A stretch of 64,000 nucleotides of DNA, from positions 1 through 64,000 of the forward strand of contig JALHMH010000021.1 of the NCBI GenBank assembly GCA_022844165.1, read 5' to 3'. Of the stretch, positions 37,960 through 49,363 are shown in pieces; position 1 is the stretch's first letter, and each line of letters begins with the position of its first letter. The notes below the pieces were generated by a model. The model did not search any database. It was given only the letters and a program-made list of their open reading frames with translations, and was not told the DNA's origin. Origin of the DNA: Lysobacterales bacterium (GTDB lineage: Bacteria; Pseudomonadota; Gammaproteobacteria; Xanthomonadales; SZUA-5). The translations under genes and the position numbers were made by a program.

Positions 37960-39306
37960 ATGCGCATTCTGTTCTTTGGCTTGGGAATCATGGCAACTGG
38001 CGTATCGCACAGCGATACGCTGACGGTGGTCGACATTCGCTCATTGGACCAGGACAGCGTCGCGAAGCTGATCGAAAGCAGCGGCGCGGAGTTCAGCGCC
38101 GAGATGGGCTCACAGCTGGTACTTGGCGGCACAACGCAGCACTCCGCGTCCGCGTTCAAAGATTTGCCCTCCCGCGAGGTCGAAAATGTTCGCATCGATC
38201 AGTTGCTGCTGCACAAGCGCGGCTGTGGTGGGGTCGAGTCGAAGATAGTGGGGCGCGTCATCGCCGCCGATGGCAATCAAGCACTCATTGAAGCACCGAT
38301 GCGTTTTGTGCCCTATGCACCGCCTGGCGGGGAGTTTCTCCGCCTGCAGGCGCACAATGTGCTGCTGCGCGATCTGTCGAGCGATGTTCGCAAAGCAGCG
38401 AAATCCGATGCGGTCGTGCAGTCTGCCGTTGATAGCGTCGATACCAGCCGCTGGTTCTCGCGTCTTTCAACGCTCGCCAGCTTCGATCGTTCGACCTTCA
38501 ACGATACCGACAGCAACGCCGCGCGCGATTGGCTCGCGGGGCAATTCACCGCCATGGGCTATACGGTCGCGACGCCAAGTTTTTCGGTCGTTTTCAACCC
38601 GTACAACGTCGTTCGGCAAAACGTAACCGCGACTCGAATTGGCAACACGTTTCCCGATCAGTGGATTGTCGTCGTGGGTCACTACGATTCGCGCAATCGG
38701 AACATTCTGAGTACATCGCCCGCACCTGGTGCCGAAGACAATGCGTCTGGTTGTGCAGGTGTTGTCGAATTGGCTGACGTCATGTCGAGCCGCTCTTTGG
38801 CACGGAGCGTGTTGTTTGCCTGCGTGTCGGGTGAAGAACAAGGACTGATCGGCGGCGACGCTTTGGCGCAGTCGATGGTGCTCGACGGCCGGCTGGACGA
38901 TACGCGTCTGGTGATCAATCAGGACATGATCGGCTTTTCCATCGACAACGATTTCGACGTGGTCATTGAAACCGAGCCCGAGTTCGAAGGCATTCTGGCT
39001 CAGTTCGCGACCGCAGCCGCGACTTACGCACCAGGCCTGCGAGTCGTGCAGGATCTGCTGCCCTGTTGCTCGGACCACATGCCGTTTCTGGCACGCGGCG
39101 CGCCGGCCATGCTCAGTATCCAGGGCGACTTTTCTGAGTACGGCACGCACTATCACAATACCAGCGACATACCGTCCAACATCACCAATGCCCAGGCCCT
39201 CGGCGGACGCATATTGCGGATGAACGCCGCGGTGCTGGCGCAGCACGTATTGGACCGCTTACCGGGCGACACATTGCTGTCTAGTGGCTTTGAAGCCGGC
39301 GAATAA
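37960..39306 (+). CDS. Secreted M28 family metallopeptidase
   Basis: Signal-like N terminus; GHYDS, GAEDNASG, GEEQGLIG, NQDMIG, SDHMPF, YHNTSD zinc ligands. Confidence 0.9.
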   Translation: MRILFFGLGIMATGVSHSDTLTVVDIRSLDQDSVAKLIESSGAEFSAEMGSQLVLGGTTQHSASAFKDLPSREVENVRIDQLLLHKRGCGGVESKIVGRVIAADGNQALIEAPMRFVPYAPPGGEFLRLQAHNVLLRDLSSDVRKAAKSDAVVQSAVDSVDTSRWFSRLSTLASFDRSTFNDTDSNAARDWLAGQFTAMGYTVATPSFSVVFNPYNVVRQNVTATRIGNTFPDQWIVVVGHYDSRNRNILSTSPAPGAEDNASGCAGVVELADVMSSRSLARSVLFACVSGEEQGLIGGDALAQSMVLDGRLDDTRLVINQDMIGFSIDNDFDVVIETEPEFEGILAQFATAAATYAPGLRVVQDLLPCCSDHMPFLARGAPAMLSIQGDFSEYGTHYHNTSDIPSNITNAQALGGRILRMNAAVLAQHVLDRLPGDTLLSSGFEAGE

Positions 39307-39336
39307 CGTGTGTTGCGACCGGGTGAGTCCTCGTCG

Positions 39337-39978
39337 TCATTCCACTTCCATCTGCCGCAACATACGCTCGATCTGCGACAGTCCCCAAGCCGGGCGATTC
39401 GGCGCCGCCTGTTCGGCCTTAATCAGTGGTAGCGCTCGTTGCAACAAGTCGCGAGCTTCCTTTTTGTCGCCGCCCCACATCTCTGGGGTATTGAACAAAC
39501 GGTTGGCAGCCAGAAACAGCACCCGCGGATTCTCTGGCGCCAGCCTCATGGCATTGTCCAACAGTCTGGCGGACTCCGGACCCAGCGAGCGCCCCTTGGC
39601 GGGATTGATCGCAATTGAGAGCCCATAGCAGCCAGCCAATAGCGCATCCGCCTCGGCTTTCATAGTTGCATCAGTACTCACGCTCGCTAAGGATTGTGCG
39701 CAAGCTACGATATGGCCGGCGGCACGATCCTTATCTTGCAGTTGCAAACTTGCTGCCAAATAGCTGGCATAGGCAGCCTGGTAACAACTGTCGCCATTGG
39801 GCGAGGCTTTGCAAGTCGCCAGCCAATTGGCGGCGACCTGCGCTACACGCTCAGGTTCACCGGCTATTTCGCCTAGCTGTCGATCACGCACCTCGGCAGC
39901 AATTTGCGTTGTTCCAGACTCGGTCTGCGCATTGGCCATCGTCGCAAACCCAACCAAGACGACCGTCGCCAATTTCAT
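39337..39978 (-). CDS. Secreted helical (TPR-like) hypothetical protein
   Basis: Signal peptide; Ala/Leu-rich helices; A..LAPENPR....A....TP..WGG motif. Confidence 0.6.
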   Translation of the reverse strand: MKLATVVLVGFATMANAQTESGTTQIAAEVRDRQLGEIAGEPERVAQVAANWLATCKASPNGDSCYQAAYASYLAASLQLQDKDRAAGHIVACAQSLASVSTDATMKAEADALLAGCYGLSIAINPAKGRSLGPESARLLDNAMRLAPENPRVLFLAANRLFNTPEMWGGDKKEARDLLQRALPLIKAEQAAPNRPAWGLSQIERMLRQMEVE

Positions 39979-40038
39979 AGCCACCTCGCCACTACTTCGG
40001 GTGAAACAAGCTTAAAAGCATGTCTCGAGCAAGCGTAG

Positions 40039-40076
40039 TGACTGAAGTCAGGGTGGATAACGTGACACTTGTCACG
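40039..40076. promoter_or_regulatory. Tandem TGAC-N4-GTCA palindromes, candidate operator
   Basis: TGACTGAAGTCA at 40039..40050 and CGTGACACTTGTCACG at 40061..40076, upstream of the 39978 start. Confidence 0.35.
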
Positions 40077-40088
40077 CGTCAACATCCG

Positions 40089-40787
40089 TCAGCCGCCGAC
40101 GAACAAATCCTCGGCACGCCGAAACAGGATCCACGAGGTCGCAATGTACTTGTCGCCGCCGCGCGGACGATTGCCGCGGTGGGTGTGTGTAAATGCCGCC
40201 GGTGCGATCAGCAGCGCGCCGGTCTGCGGGTGAATCTTGCGCTGCTGAAACAGGAATTCGGTTTCGCCCTCATCGAAGCCATCGTTGAGATACAAGGTCC
40301 AGAGCAATACGCGGTGCAAAGCTTCGCACTGTTGATCGCGAGGATATTGCTCGCAGTGCCAGTACGGATAACCGCCGCTGTCACGGTTGTAACCCTGCAC
40401 ATTGATGCTGCCCGGCCGAAACGCATAGCGCACGATGTTTACAAGTTGCTCTTCATCCATGCGTTGCACATCGTCCGCCTGCAGCATCCGCTCGGTGCCG
40501 CTCACAGGGTCGCGCCAACCCAACGCCAGTGGCGATACCAGTACTTGCGGATATCGCCGCAAATAGGCACAGAAGGCGCCGATCATTGCGCCATTGAGCG
40601 CCTGCTCAATGTCGCGCCATTCGGCATGTTGGGAAATTGTGATGTCGCGGCTGTTCTTCAGAGCCGGATCGACCCCTCCGCCAACACGACCCGGCAGTTG
40701 ATGAGGACTGGCAAGGAATCGCGAGATGATCGCGGCGCACATCGCGCCGGACAACGCTTCGGGATAGACCTCGATAAAGTCGGACAT
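40089..40787 (-). CDS. 2OG-Fe(II) oxygenase
   Basis: WHCE, LYLNDGFDEGETEF, HTHRG, KYIATSW. Confidence 0.88.
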   Translation of the reverse strand: MSDFIEVYPEALSGAMCAAIISRFLASPHQLPGRVGGGVDPALKNSRDITISQHAEWRDIEQALNGAMIGAFCAYLRRYPQVLVSPLALGWRDPVSGTERMLQADDVQRMDEEQLVNIVRYAFRPGSINVQGYNRDSGGYPYWHCEQYPRDQQCEALHRVLLWTLYLNDGFDEGETEFLFQQRKIHPQTGALLIAPAAFTHTHRGNRPRGGDKYIATSWILFRRAEDLFVGG

Positions 40788-40963
40788 GGCTGGCAACCAA
40801 AAGACCGCTCTGGGAGCCGATCAGCATATAGAGGTGGCAGCCGCGGCGCCAAATCGCACTGCCATCATTGGCTGAAAACAACCATTTATTGTCTTTTCAG
40901 CCAGTGCGCGTTTTGCCTGAGAGGCATTAACCTCTGCACCCATCACGAGAAGGAAAATCTGCC

Positions 40964-41482
40964 ATGCCATTCCAATTCCCAGTCGCCTCTCCCACATCCA
41001 GTCAGAACGACTTCGACTTCCTGGTCGGTTCATGGGAAGTCAGAAATCGCAAGCTCAGGGATCGGCTCGTCGGCTGCCAGGAGTGGGACGAGTTTTCGTC
41101 CCGACTGCAATTGCGCAAAGCCCTGCTCGGCAAAGCCAATGTCGAACGTTATACGGCGGAGTTCGACGGCAAGCCTTTCGAGGGTATGGCAGTACGCTTG
41201 TTCGATCCACAGTCGCGGCTTTGGACGATTTATTGGCTCGACAGCAATAGCCCAAAAATGGACCCGCACCCGGTCGTCGGCTCGTTCGATGCAGGCGTAG
41301 GTAAGTTCTATGCCCGCGACAACTTGCGTGGTCAGGACATTGTTGTGATTTATCAATGGGACGCTCGCAACCCTGAGGCCCCCATTTGGTCGCAAGCCTT
41401 CTCGGCCGACGACGGCGCAAACTTCGAGTGGAACTGGATCATGACCCTTAGTCGAGACCTTTCCGTGGTCGGTTCGGAGTGA
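40964..41482 (+). CDS. Conserved hypothetical protein (DUF1579-like)
   Basis: DFDFLVGSW.V.NRKL..RL, W.IYW, WSQAFS.D.G..FEWNWIM. Confidence 0.7.
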   Translation: MPFQFPVASPTSSQNDFDFLVGSWEVRNRKLRDRLVGCQEWDEFSSRLQLRKALLGKANVERYTAEFDGKPFEGMAVRLFDPQSRLWTIYWLDSNSPKMDPHPVVGSFDAGVGKFYARDNLRGQDIVVIYQWDARNPEAPIWSQAFSADDGANFEWNWIMTLSRDLSVVGSE

Positions 41483-41688
41483 TCAATGCGAGCGATCAAC
41501 GCTCCTGACGTCACGCTCTGCCAGAACAGCGCTTCTCGCACCGCGCTGTACGACAACAAGCGGCAAGTCTTGCGCCGACCGGCGCTTCAATGCGCCTGAC
41601 CAGATCGACGTGCACCCACTGACTCGCACCGCGTTCGCTGGTACCAAAACCGAATGCAGCATGAAGATCTTCGGGTACTGGCAGAAAT

Positions 41689-42123
41689 TTACTGGCTCTT
41701 GGCCTCACCAGCCCGAATTCTCGAGCCTAGTTTGACGCCTAACCATGCCATCGGCAGATACGCCAGCAGTAAGTCCGCAGCGATAAACCAGGCGGGTGCC
41801 GGAATCATTACGCTGGCTGCGATGCCGCCCGCCAGATTAACCACCCCAACGCCCAGGCCGATACCCAGTTTGTACGAACAGGCGATGAGCGCCGCCACCA
41901 GTGCGCCGACCAGTGTGCCGAGCGCGTGTGCCAAAAACGGCGACAGAAAATGCCGTGGCTCGAACAAGTGAATGGATGTGCGCAGGCTCTCGACATCGCT
42001 AGGATCAACACCCGCTGGCGGTGGAATCAACATGGGGCCCAAGACCACGATCACCATATTGACGACGCCACCAGCAAGCAGACCGGCCAGTACAGCGAGC
42101 AAACCGCGAGCAAAATTGGGCAT
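41689..42123 (-). CDS. Small 4-TM membrane protein
   Basis: PPPAGVD, PFLAHALGTLVGA, PAWF..ADLLLAYLPM; AGGAGA RBS. Confidence 0.7.
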   Translation of the reverse strand: MPNFARGLLAVLAGLLAGGVVNMVIVVLGPMLIPPPAGVDPSDVESLRTSIHLFEPRHFLSPFLAHALGTLVGALVAALIACSYKLGIGLGVGVVNLAGGIAASVMIPAPAWFIAADLLLAYLPMAWLGVKLGSRIRAGEAKSQ

Positions 42124-42156
42124 GGACAACTTCTCCTTTCGACCGAGCAGTACGAG

Positions 42157-43080
42157 ATGCAAACGATAAGCGTGGGTGGAACAGCTGGCTTGCCAAATCT
42201 TGCGAAACCCGACTACGAGTCGCGCGTTAATCGAGTGATCGACTTCGTTCTGCAGAATCTTGCAGCCCCGCTCGAACTCGACCGCCTGGCGCAAATTGCG
42301 AATTTCTCGCCTTTCCATTTCCATCGGATCTTTAAGGCACTGATGGGCGAAACGCTCTCGGATTTTGTCCGCCGCGTGCGCTTGCAGCGAGCGATTCAGA
42401 TGATGTCGTTTCGACGCACGACACGACTGACCGACATCGCGCTCGCGTGCGGCTTTGCATCAAGTTCCGATTTCTCGCGAAGCTTCAAGCAGCACTATGG
42501 CGTTGCGCCGAGCGCGTTCGACCTGGCCGCACATCGCGACGCGCATCGTGCTGGCTTTACGCCAGGAATGGCGCGCTTGCCATCGGGCCTGAATCCTGAT
42601 GGATTCAAGATCAGCTTGCGCAGAGTGTCGTCGCAATTCGTCGCCTATATTCGGGTCAGCGATTGCTACTCAAACCGTGCCGGGGAGAGCCCCATTCAGC
42701 GCGTCCAACAGTGGGCCGAACAACGCGGATTCGCGCAGGGCCAATGGCTCGGTTACATGTGGGACGACCCCGAAGTCGTACCCAGGGAACAGTGCCGCTA
42801 CGATCTGGGTGTGCGAATCCCGCATCGCATTCAAGCCGAGGGGGAAATTTGCTGCATCGAATTCCCACCGATGACATTGGCCACTGTCGAGATGTATGGG
42901 GGCATCGATCTCGAACTGCGCGCCATCGACTGGTTCTACGGCACGTGGCTGCCGGCCAGCGGCTATGTGCCCGACGAACAACCCTGTTTTGAGGCTTTCG
43001 TTGGGCGGCCCTTCGCGCACGGCAACGAATACTTCGAATTACAGCTACAGTTTCCCGTGGTCAAGTGCGATATGGCATAG
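42157..43080 (+). CDS. AraC family regulator with GyrI-like effector domain
   Basis: LAQIANFSPFHFHRIF, IALACGF.SSSDFSRSFK..YG..PS, CRYD, WLPASGY. Confidence 0.9.
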   Translation: MQTISVGGTAGLPNLAKPDYESRVNRVIDFVLQNLAAPLELDRLAQIANFSPFHFHRIFKALMGETLSDFVRRVRLQRAIQMMSFRRTTRLTDIALACGFASSSDFSRSFKQHYGVAPSAFDLAAHRDAHRAGFTPGMARLPSGLNPDGFKISLRRVSSQFVAYIRVSDCYSNRAGESPIQRVQQWAEQRGFAQGQWLGYMWDDPEVVPREQCRYDLGVRIPHRIQAEGEICCIEFPPMTLATVEMYGGIDLELRAIDWFYGTWLPASGYVPDEQPCFEAFVGRPFAHGNEYFELQLQFPVVKCDMA

Positions 43081-43090
43081 ATCATGTCGA

Positions 43091-44101
43091 TCACCCCTCT
43101 TGCTCAATGAGCCTTCGAATAGGTTGAGGCAGACCGAGAGCGAGCGCCTCATCACGCGCGAACCAGCGTAGCCCACCTTCGGCAACGGCCGTTGATGCAT
43201 CAGCCACTCGCCAGACATGCATGTCGAGACTGAAATGCGTGAACTCATGGCGTACCATGGTATCGGCGCACCGCTTGGGTGCATCGAGCCCGTTTGCGGC
43301 GCAGATTTCGGCAATCGTCTCGCCGTCTGGAAACGCGAACAGTCCGCCCCAGATGCCCTGGGCGGGCCGCTGAATGAGTGCGAGCCGCTGCTGATCATCG
43401 TGGAGCCAAAGGAATGCGCGAGAGCGCAGCGGCCGCTCGCGCCGAGTTCGCGGCATTGGGTACTGCGCGACCATGCCGCTTGCGTATGCAGAACAGTGTT
43501 CTTGTACTGGACACTCGACGCACTTCGGCGCTCCGCGCGTACAGATCGTCGCGCCAAGGTCCATGATCGCCTGCGTGTAATCGGCAAGGCGGTTGTTGGG
43601 CAAAAGCGCCTCCGACAAAGCCCAAAGGCGCGCCTCGTTTTGCGGCGAACGCGTATCGCCTTCGATGCAGTGCAACCGCGCCAATACGCGACGCACATTG
43701 CCATCCAGAATCGGGAATCGCTGGCCAAGCGCCTGGGCCAGGATTGCGCCCGCCGTCGACCGGCCGATCCCAGGCAACGCGAGCAGAGCATCGAAGTCCG
43801 GCGGCAGATCACCGCGGGTACGGCACAGTATCGCCGCACGATGCAGATTTCGCGCGCGACTGTAGTACCCCAAGCCAGACCACAACGCCAGCACGGTATC
43901 AAGCGGCGCATCTGCAAGCCTGGGCAGATCTGGAAATCGCGCGATGAAGCGCTCAAAGAATGGGAAGACCGATTGCACCTGCGTTTGCTGCAACATCACT
44001 TCGCTGACCCAGACCCGATACAGCGTGCGCGACTGTTGCCATGGCAAATCGTGGCGACCGTGGCTATCGAACCAAGTCAGAAGATCCGTCGCGAAACTCA
44101 T
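43091..44101 (-). CDS. mutY: A/G-specific adenine glycosylase
   Basis: WVSEVMLQQTQV, WSGLGYYSRARNLH, LPGIGRSTAGA, DGNVRRVL, C..C..CP...C cluster, HEFTHF. Confidence 0.96.
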   Translation of the reverse strand: MSFATDLLTWFDSHGRHDLPWQQSRTLYRVWVSEVMLQQTQVQSVFPFFERFIARFPDLPRLADAPLDTVLALWSGLGYYSRARNLHRAAILCRTRGDLPPDFDALLALPGIGRSTAGAILAQALGQRFPILDGNVRRVLARLHCIEGDTRSPQNEARLWALSEALLPNNRLADYTQAIMDLGATICTRGAPKCVECPVQEHCSAYASGMVAQYPMPRTRRERPLRSRAFLWLHDDQQRLALIQRPAQGIWGGLFAFPDGETIAEICAANGLDAPKRCADTMVRHEFTHFSLDMHVWRVADASTAVAEGGLRWFARDEALALGLPQPIRRLIEQEG

Positions 44102-44169
44102 TCCACAGTTTGACCCTTTTGCTGGTGCTGAAAACAACGAAGCGGCGAACGCATCGGTATGCCCTGCCC

Positions 44170-45348
44170 TCAACCAATATCACTTGGCAACAGCGCGTCG
44201 ACGAACTCGCGCGGCTGGAACTCGCGCAAATCTTCGCGCTTCTCACCCACGCCAATGAAGCGCACCGGCAACTTCATTTCGCTGCACAGCGCGAACAGGA
44301 TTCCACCCTTAGCGGTCCCATCGAGTTTGGTGACAACGATGCCGGTCAGTCCCACCGATTGGTGAAACTGGCGCGCCTGATTCAGCGCGTTCTGGCCAGT
44401 GCCACCATCGATCACGAGCAGCGTTTCGTGCGGCGCGCTTTCATCGATCTTGGACAGCACACGTTTGACCTTCGCCAGTTCCTGCATCAAGTGACCCTGC
44501 GTATGCAGCCGGCCCGCTGTGTCGGCGATCAGCACATCGATGCCGCGGCTCCTGGCCGCCTGCAAAGCGTCGAAAATCACACTTGCCGAATCGGCTCCAC
44601 TGCCCTGCGAAATCACCGCCACATCGTTGCGCGCGCCCCAGGTCTTGAGCTGTTCCACTGCCGCCGCGCGAAACGTATCGCCGGCCGCCAACATCACTGA
44701 CAGGCCCTGGCCCTTGTAGCGTTTGGCCAGCTTGCCGATGGTGGTCGTCTTGCCGGCACCGTTGACGCCCACAGTTAGGATCACGAACGGCTTCTTCTCG
44801 CGAGAAATCGCCAAGGTCTGTGCGTACGGCGACAGCAATCCTGTCAGCGAGACACGCAGCGCATTGAGCAGTTCGCGCGCATCGGCGAATTCACGTTTGC
44901 GCATCCGCGCGCCAAGCTCGGTCACCAGTTGCGCGCTTGCATTGACCCCGACATCCGCTTGAATCAGCGCCATCTCGAGTTCTTCGAGCAGAGCCTCGTC
45001 GAGTTTAGGATTGCGTTTGAATAAGCTTCCGACACTGGCCGAGAGTGCTCGGGCACTCGCAGCCAGGCGTTCGCGCAGGGTCATCGGGCGCGGCACTGTT
45101 TCTTTTTCTGTGGCGCTGACCTCCACAGCTGCCGTTGGCGCGATTTCGGTTGTTGCAGCGGGCTCGGCTGGAGCGGTGAGTTGCGCAGTCGATTCCATCG
45201 GTCCTGTTGTCGATTCGCCGGTGGCGGCGTCGGTTGTCAACCACGGCGGCGACGAATCGGAAGCCTGGACCGCGGCCTCTTGCGATGGAGCGCTCCCGTC
45301 CGGATTTGCATCTGCCGCAGTCTTGTCGCGGCGGAACCACTTGAACAT
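44170..45348 (-). CDS. ftsY: SRP receptor FtsY
   Basis: GVNGAGKTTTIGK, DTFRAAA, DTAGR, TKLDGTAKGG; acidic N-terminal region. Confidence 0.97.
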   Translation of the reverse strand: MFKWFRRDKTAADANPDGSAPSQEAAVQASDSSPPWLTTDAATGESTTGPMESTAQLTAPAEPAATTEIAPTAAVEVSATEKETVPRPMTLRERLAASARALSASVGSLFKRNPKLDEALLEELEMALIQADVGVNASAQLVTELGARMRKREFADARELLNALRVSLTGLLSPYAQTLAISREKKPFVILTVGVNGAGKTTTIGKLAKRYKGQGLSVMLAAGDTFRAAAVEQLKTWGARNDVAVISQGSGADSASVIFDALQAARSRGIDVLIADTAGRLHTQGHLMQELAKVKRVLSKIDESAPHETLLVIDGGTGQNALNQARQFHQSVGLTGIVVTKLDGTAKGGILFALCSEMKLPVRFIGVGEKREDLREFQPREFVDALLPSDIG

Positions 45349-45459
45349 GTCGATAGAATCGATCAGAACGAAAGTCGCGAGTCTACCCGCGAGGCACGCA
45401 ACATCGCGACGCAATGCACCAACGCGTTAAGCGAGGCACTGCTGCCGGCGGATTCAAAC

Positions 45460-46516
<1,057 letters not shown>

Positions 46517-46695
46517 GCGGGCGTGTCGCGTAATCCGCGGCACACGAATCGCAAGCCGAGCCAATTTCATGCTCACACTGCCGTCATCTCGCGCCCACAA
46601 CGCGTAGAACGGTCCTCGCACAGACTCCGTGGCTGATTAACTCTGCGGGTGTCCATATGGGAGCTTCAGCCGTGCGCAGCTGGAACCGTGACGCG

Positions 46696-47307
46696 ATGAG
46701 AATTTTGGCGATCTTGTCAGGGCTCACCACAGCGAACATATCGATGGCCACCGAACAGGTCCCGTATCAAGTCATCGAATCGCTCCGCGAGGACATTGAA
46801 CTGCGCCGATACCAGCCGGTCCTGGTAGCTCAAACCGATATCGTGGCCGGAAGTTTTCGTGAGGCCAGCGATATTGGGTTCCGACGGCTGGCGGGCTTCA
46901 TTTTCGGCGACAATTCGGGCGAGCAGAAAATTGCGATGACCGCACCGGTCATCATGGAGTCGCCGATGGCGTCTGGCCAGAGTTCGGGAAACGGCATTTG
47001 GCGGATGGCATTTGCAATGCCTTCTGAGTGGAGCTTGGATTCGCTGCCGACGCCGCGACGAACGGATGTTCTTATCCGCGAGTTGCCGGCACGCAACGTT
47101 GCTGCGCTTCGCTTTTCTGGCCGAGGCAGTGATGCGCAGTTCGCCGAAGCTGAGGCGCAGTTGCGTCAGGTGCTTGACTTGAAATCGATCGAGGCTGGCG
47201 ATGCGAGTACAGCTCGCTATAACGCCCCATGGGTTCCTCCATTCCTGCGTCGAAACGAAGTGCTGATCGAGATCCAGAGCCCAAGTGGTCCGCGTGACGT
47301 CCGCTAG
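46696..47307 (+). CDS. SOUL heme-binding protein
   Basis: ELRRY, GFRRLAGFIFG.N, IAMTAPV, F.MP, YNAPW.PP.LRRNEV. Confidence 0.88.
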   Translation: MRILAILSGLTTANISMATEQVPYQVIESLREDIELRRYQPVLVAQTDIVAGSFREASDIGFRRLAGFIFGDNSGEQKIAMTAPVIMESPMASGQSSGNGIWRMAFAMPSEWSLDSLPTPRRTDVLIRELPARNVAALRFSGRGSDAQFAEAEAQLRQVLDLKSIEAGDASTARYNAPWVPPFLRRNEVLIEIQSPSGPRDVR

Positions 47308-48002
47308 CCTCCATCCTCCTTTCGTACAGTGCCATCGCTATTGGCGAGAAAGAAGTCGATATCCGCCTGGTCTGTTCCATCTGCAGGAATCAAACGCAAC
47401 CAGGGCGGCTTCACAACGTCATGGTGTTCGAGAAAGGCTCGGGTTTCCTCGGCACTTCCGAAGACAAAAACCCAGAAACTGGACGACGCGCCGGTGCGGC
47501 CATCAGGGCTTCGATCACGTTTCTCGACCCATCCTGGTACGCGGCCGTCAATGATCAAGTTTGCGACTTTCCTGACATCGACCTGCTGCAGTTCGATCGA
47601 ACCATCGTTCGCAAACGTGTAAGCGATCAGGGTATAGCCGACAGGTTTGTCAGGCCGCGCAGCGGCGGTGTTGTCCTCGAGCGCCGCTACGTAAGTCTGG
47701 TTGGCAGTTGCAGCGAACCCAAGCGTCATGTCCTGACCTAAGTCGTCGATGTCTGCTTTGCCGTTACCTTGCTCGTCCGTTCCCACGGAAAGCGTTTGCC
47801 AACGAGCGCAATCGGCGGCGACACGCAGGTATTGGCGCTCCTTTTCATTGCCCTCGTTGGGCAGGTCCTCGATCCGCCAATCGCCCACCCATCGTGCATC
47901 GCATGCCGCGAGCGGCATCTGTGGCGGCGATTGAAACTGCACCGTTTCGCAAGCAACAAGTAGCGCTCCGCTCAATGCACAAAACAATAACCTCGCGACC
48001 AC
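47304..48002 (-). CDS. Hypothetical lipoprotein
   Basis: Lipobox LLVA-C after a hydrophobic stretch; the GTG start is inferred. Confidence 0.55.
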   Translation of the reverse strand: MVARLLFCALSGALLVACETVQFQSPPQMPLAACDARWVGDWRIEDLPNEGNEKERQYLRVAADCARWQTLSVGTDEQGNGKADIDDLGQDMTLGFAATANQTYVAALEDNTAAARPDKPVGYTLIAYTFANDGSIELQQVDVRKVANLIIDGRVPGWVEKRDRSPDGRTGASSSFWVFVFGSAEETRAFLEHHDVVKPPWLRLIPADGTDQADIDFFLANSDGTVRKEDGG

Positions 48003-48240
48003 AGCGGGATCTCCTGGATGGGGCGGCTGCTGATCTCGAATGGTACGCGCTGGCCGCCATCCGTGCGCGCATCCGAGCGAAGTCCGAATCGACGAGCGGC
48101 CTGCTATTGTCTCGCGCACCGCCACGGCAAGCTGCGGACGCGTCCTCGGCTTATGTGGTGCGATCGATGGCGATGACCAAATCCACCAAAGAGATCGGCG
48201 GCCTCGAAGTATTTTGGAACCCTGGGTCAGGGCGCGAAGC

Positions 48241-48280
48241 GAGTCAATGCTCGGCGGTCTGAGGCGAAGCCTCGCTAGGT
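48241..48280 (-). repeat. Module A of repeat family 1
   Basis: Reverse complement ACCTAGCGAGGCTTCGCCTCAGACCGCCGAGCATTG matches 996..1030. Confidence 0.8.
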
Positions 48281-49363
48281 TCCTCGCCCCAGCAGCCATG
48301 CCGCACTGGGCCGGCTGATCCAGCGCTCGACACCAATCGCAAGCAGCACACAAAGCGCAATCGTCGGCGGATAGATGAGCGCGCCGAAGTGCCGATCGAC
48401 TGAAACAGCCTTCCATAAGGCGACAATGCTCAACACGACGAACATATGCGTCAGATATAACTCGTAGCTCAATCGACCCATTCGCGTCAACCACCGCGGC
48501 GCAGTTTGCCAATTCACTCGATGCAAGCCGAGCACCAGCAGCGTAGCTGCCAAAACGATGTACAAAATGCTGGAATGACCCAGCGCGCGCCAGAGTTCGC
48601 CCGGCGCCCAAAGCTGTATCGCAAATGCAAGCGCTGCACACGCCGTCAGAGCGCGCGCAAATCCGATGCTGTAGCGCCAAGACTGGGCGAGCAGCGCGGC
48701 CAGCACACCACCCGCGATCGCGGACATTGCAGGCAGATAAGCCTTCTCTTGCCAGATGTCATTGCCGTCATACCAACCGCGCGTCATTGGCAGCGAAAAC
48801 AGCAGTACCAGCAATAAAAGCGCCAGCCAGCGCTTCGACAAAAGCACACAAACGATGGGGAAAATCAGGTAAAACGCCTCTTCGATCGACAACGACCAAA
48901 GTACATCCCAGGACGCTGGCAACCATCCCACTTGCCCTTCGTACCAGTTGATATGCAAAAACATGGCGGCGACTTGTGCCCGGAACAGCGACTGTCCGTC
49001 CTTGTCGATGGTGTACCCAGGTACGCCGAGCCAATGCAGCGCAGACAACACCACGATCAGCACCAACAAAAGCGGTGCAATACGCGCAAATCGTTGGCGA
49101 TAGAACATCCGCCAATCGATCAGCGTTAGTGCGCCGTAGCGATCCAGCGCCCGCCGTGCGATCAAAAAACCGCTCAGAACGAAGAACACATAAACAGCCA
49201 GATACCCGTTATGCGAGAGCATCGCAATCAGACGCGCATGCAAGAACTCCGCAAGTACGCCATCGCGCAGCGGCAGCCGAAATGGCAAAGCCAGGTGATG
49301 CAGGATGACCAGCAGAATTGCCATCCCGCGAACGGCATCGATGCCATTGTTGCGCTCATTCAT
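48275..49363 (-). CDS. Acyltransferase-3 family membrane O-acyltransferase
   Basis: IDAVRGMAILLVILHH, FFVLSGFLI, RFARIAP, WSLSIEEAFY, GRLSYELYLTH. Confidence 0.9.
   Translation of the reverse strand: MNERNNGIDAVRGMAILLVILHHLALPFRLPLRDGVLAEFLHARLIAMLSHNGYLAVYVFFVLSGFLIARRALDRYGALTLIDWRMFYRQRFARIAPLLLVLIVVLSALHWLGVPGYTIDKDGQSLFRAQVAAMFLHINWYEGQVGWLPASWDVLWSLSIEEAFYLIFPIVCVLLSKRWLALLLLVLLFSLPMTRGWYDGNDIWQEKAYLPAMSAIAGGVLAALLAQSWRYSIGFARALTACAALAFAIQLWAPGELWRALGHSSILYIVLAATLLVLGLHRVNWQTAPRWLTRMGRLSYELYLTHMFVVLSIVALWKAVSVDRHFGALIYPPTIALCVLLAIGVERWISRPSAAWLLGRGT

Noticed and set aside
48003-48680. 458-aa ORF 47304..48680 as a single gene
   Set aside because: The 5' half overlaps the acyltransferase in another frame and a repeat; only the lipobox-bearing 3' part looks coding
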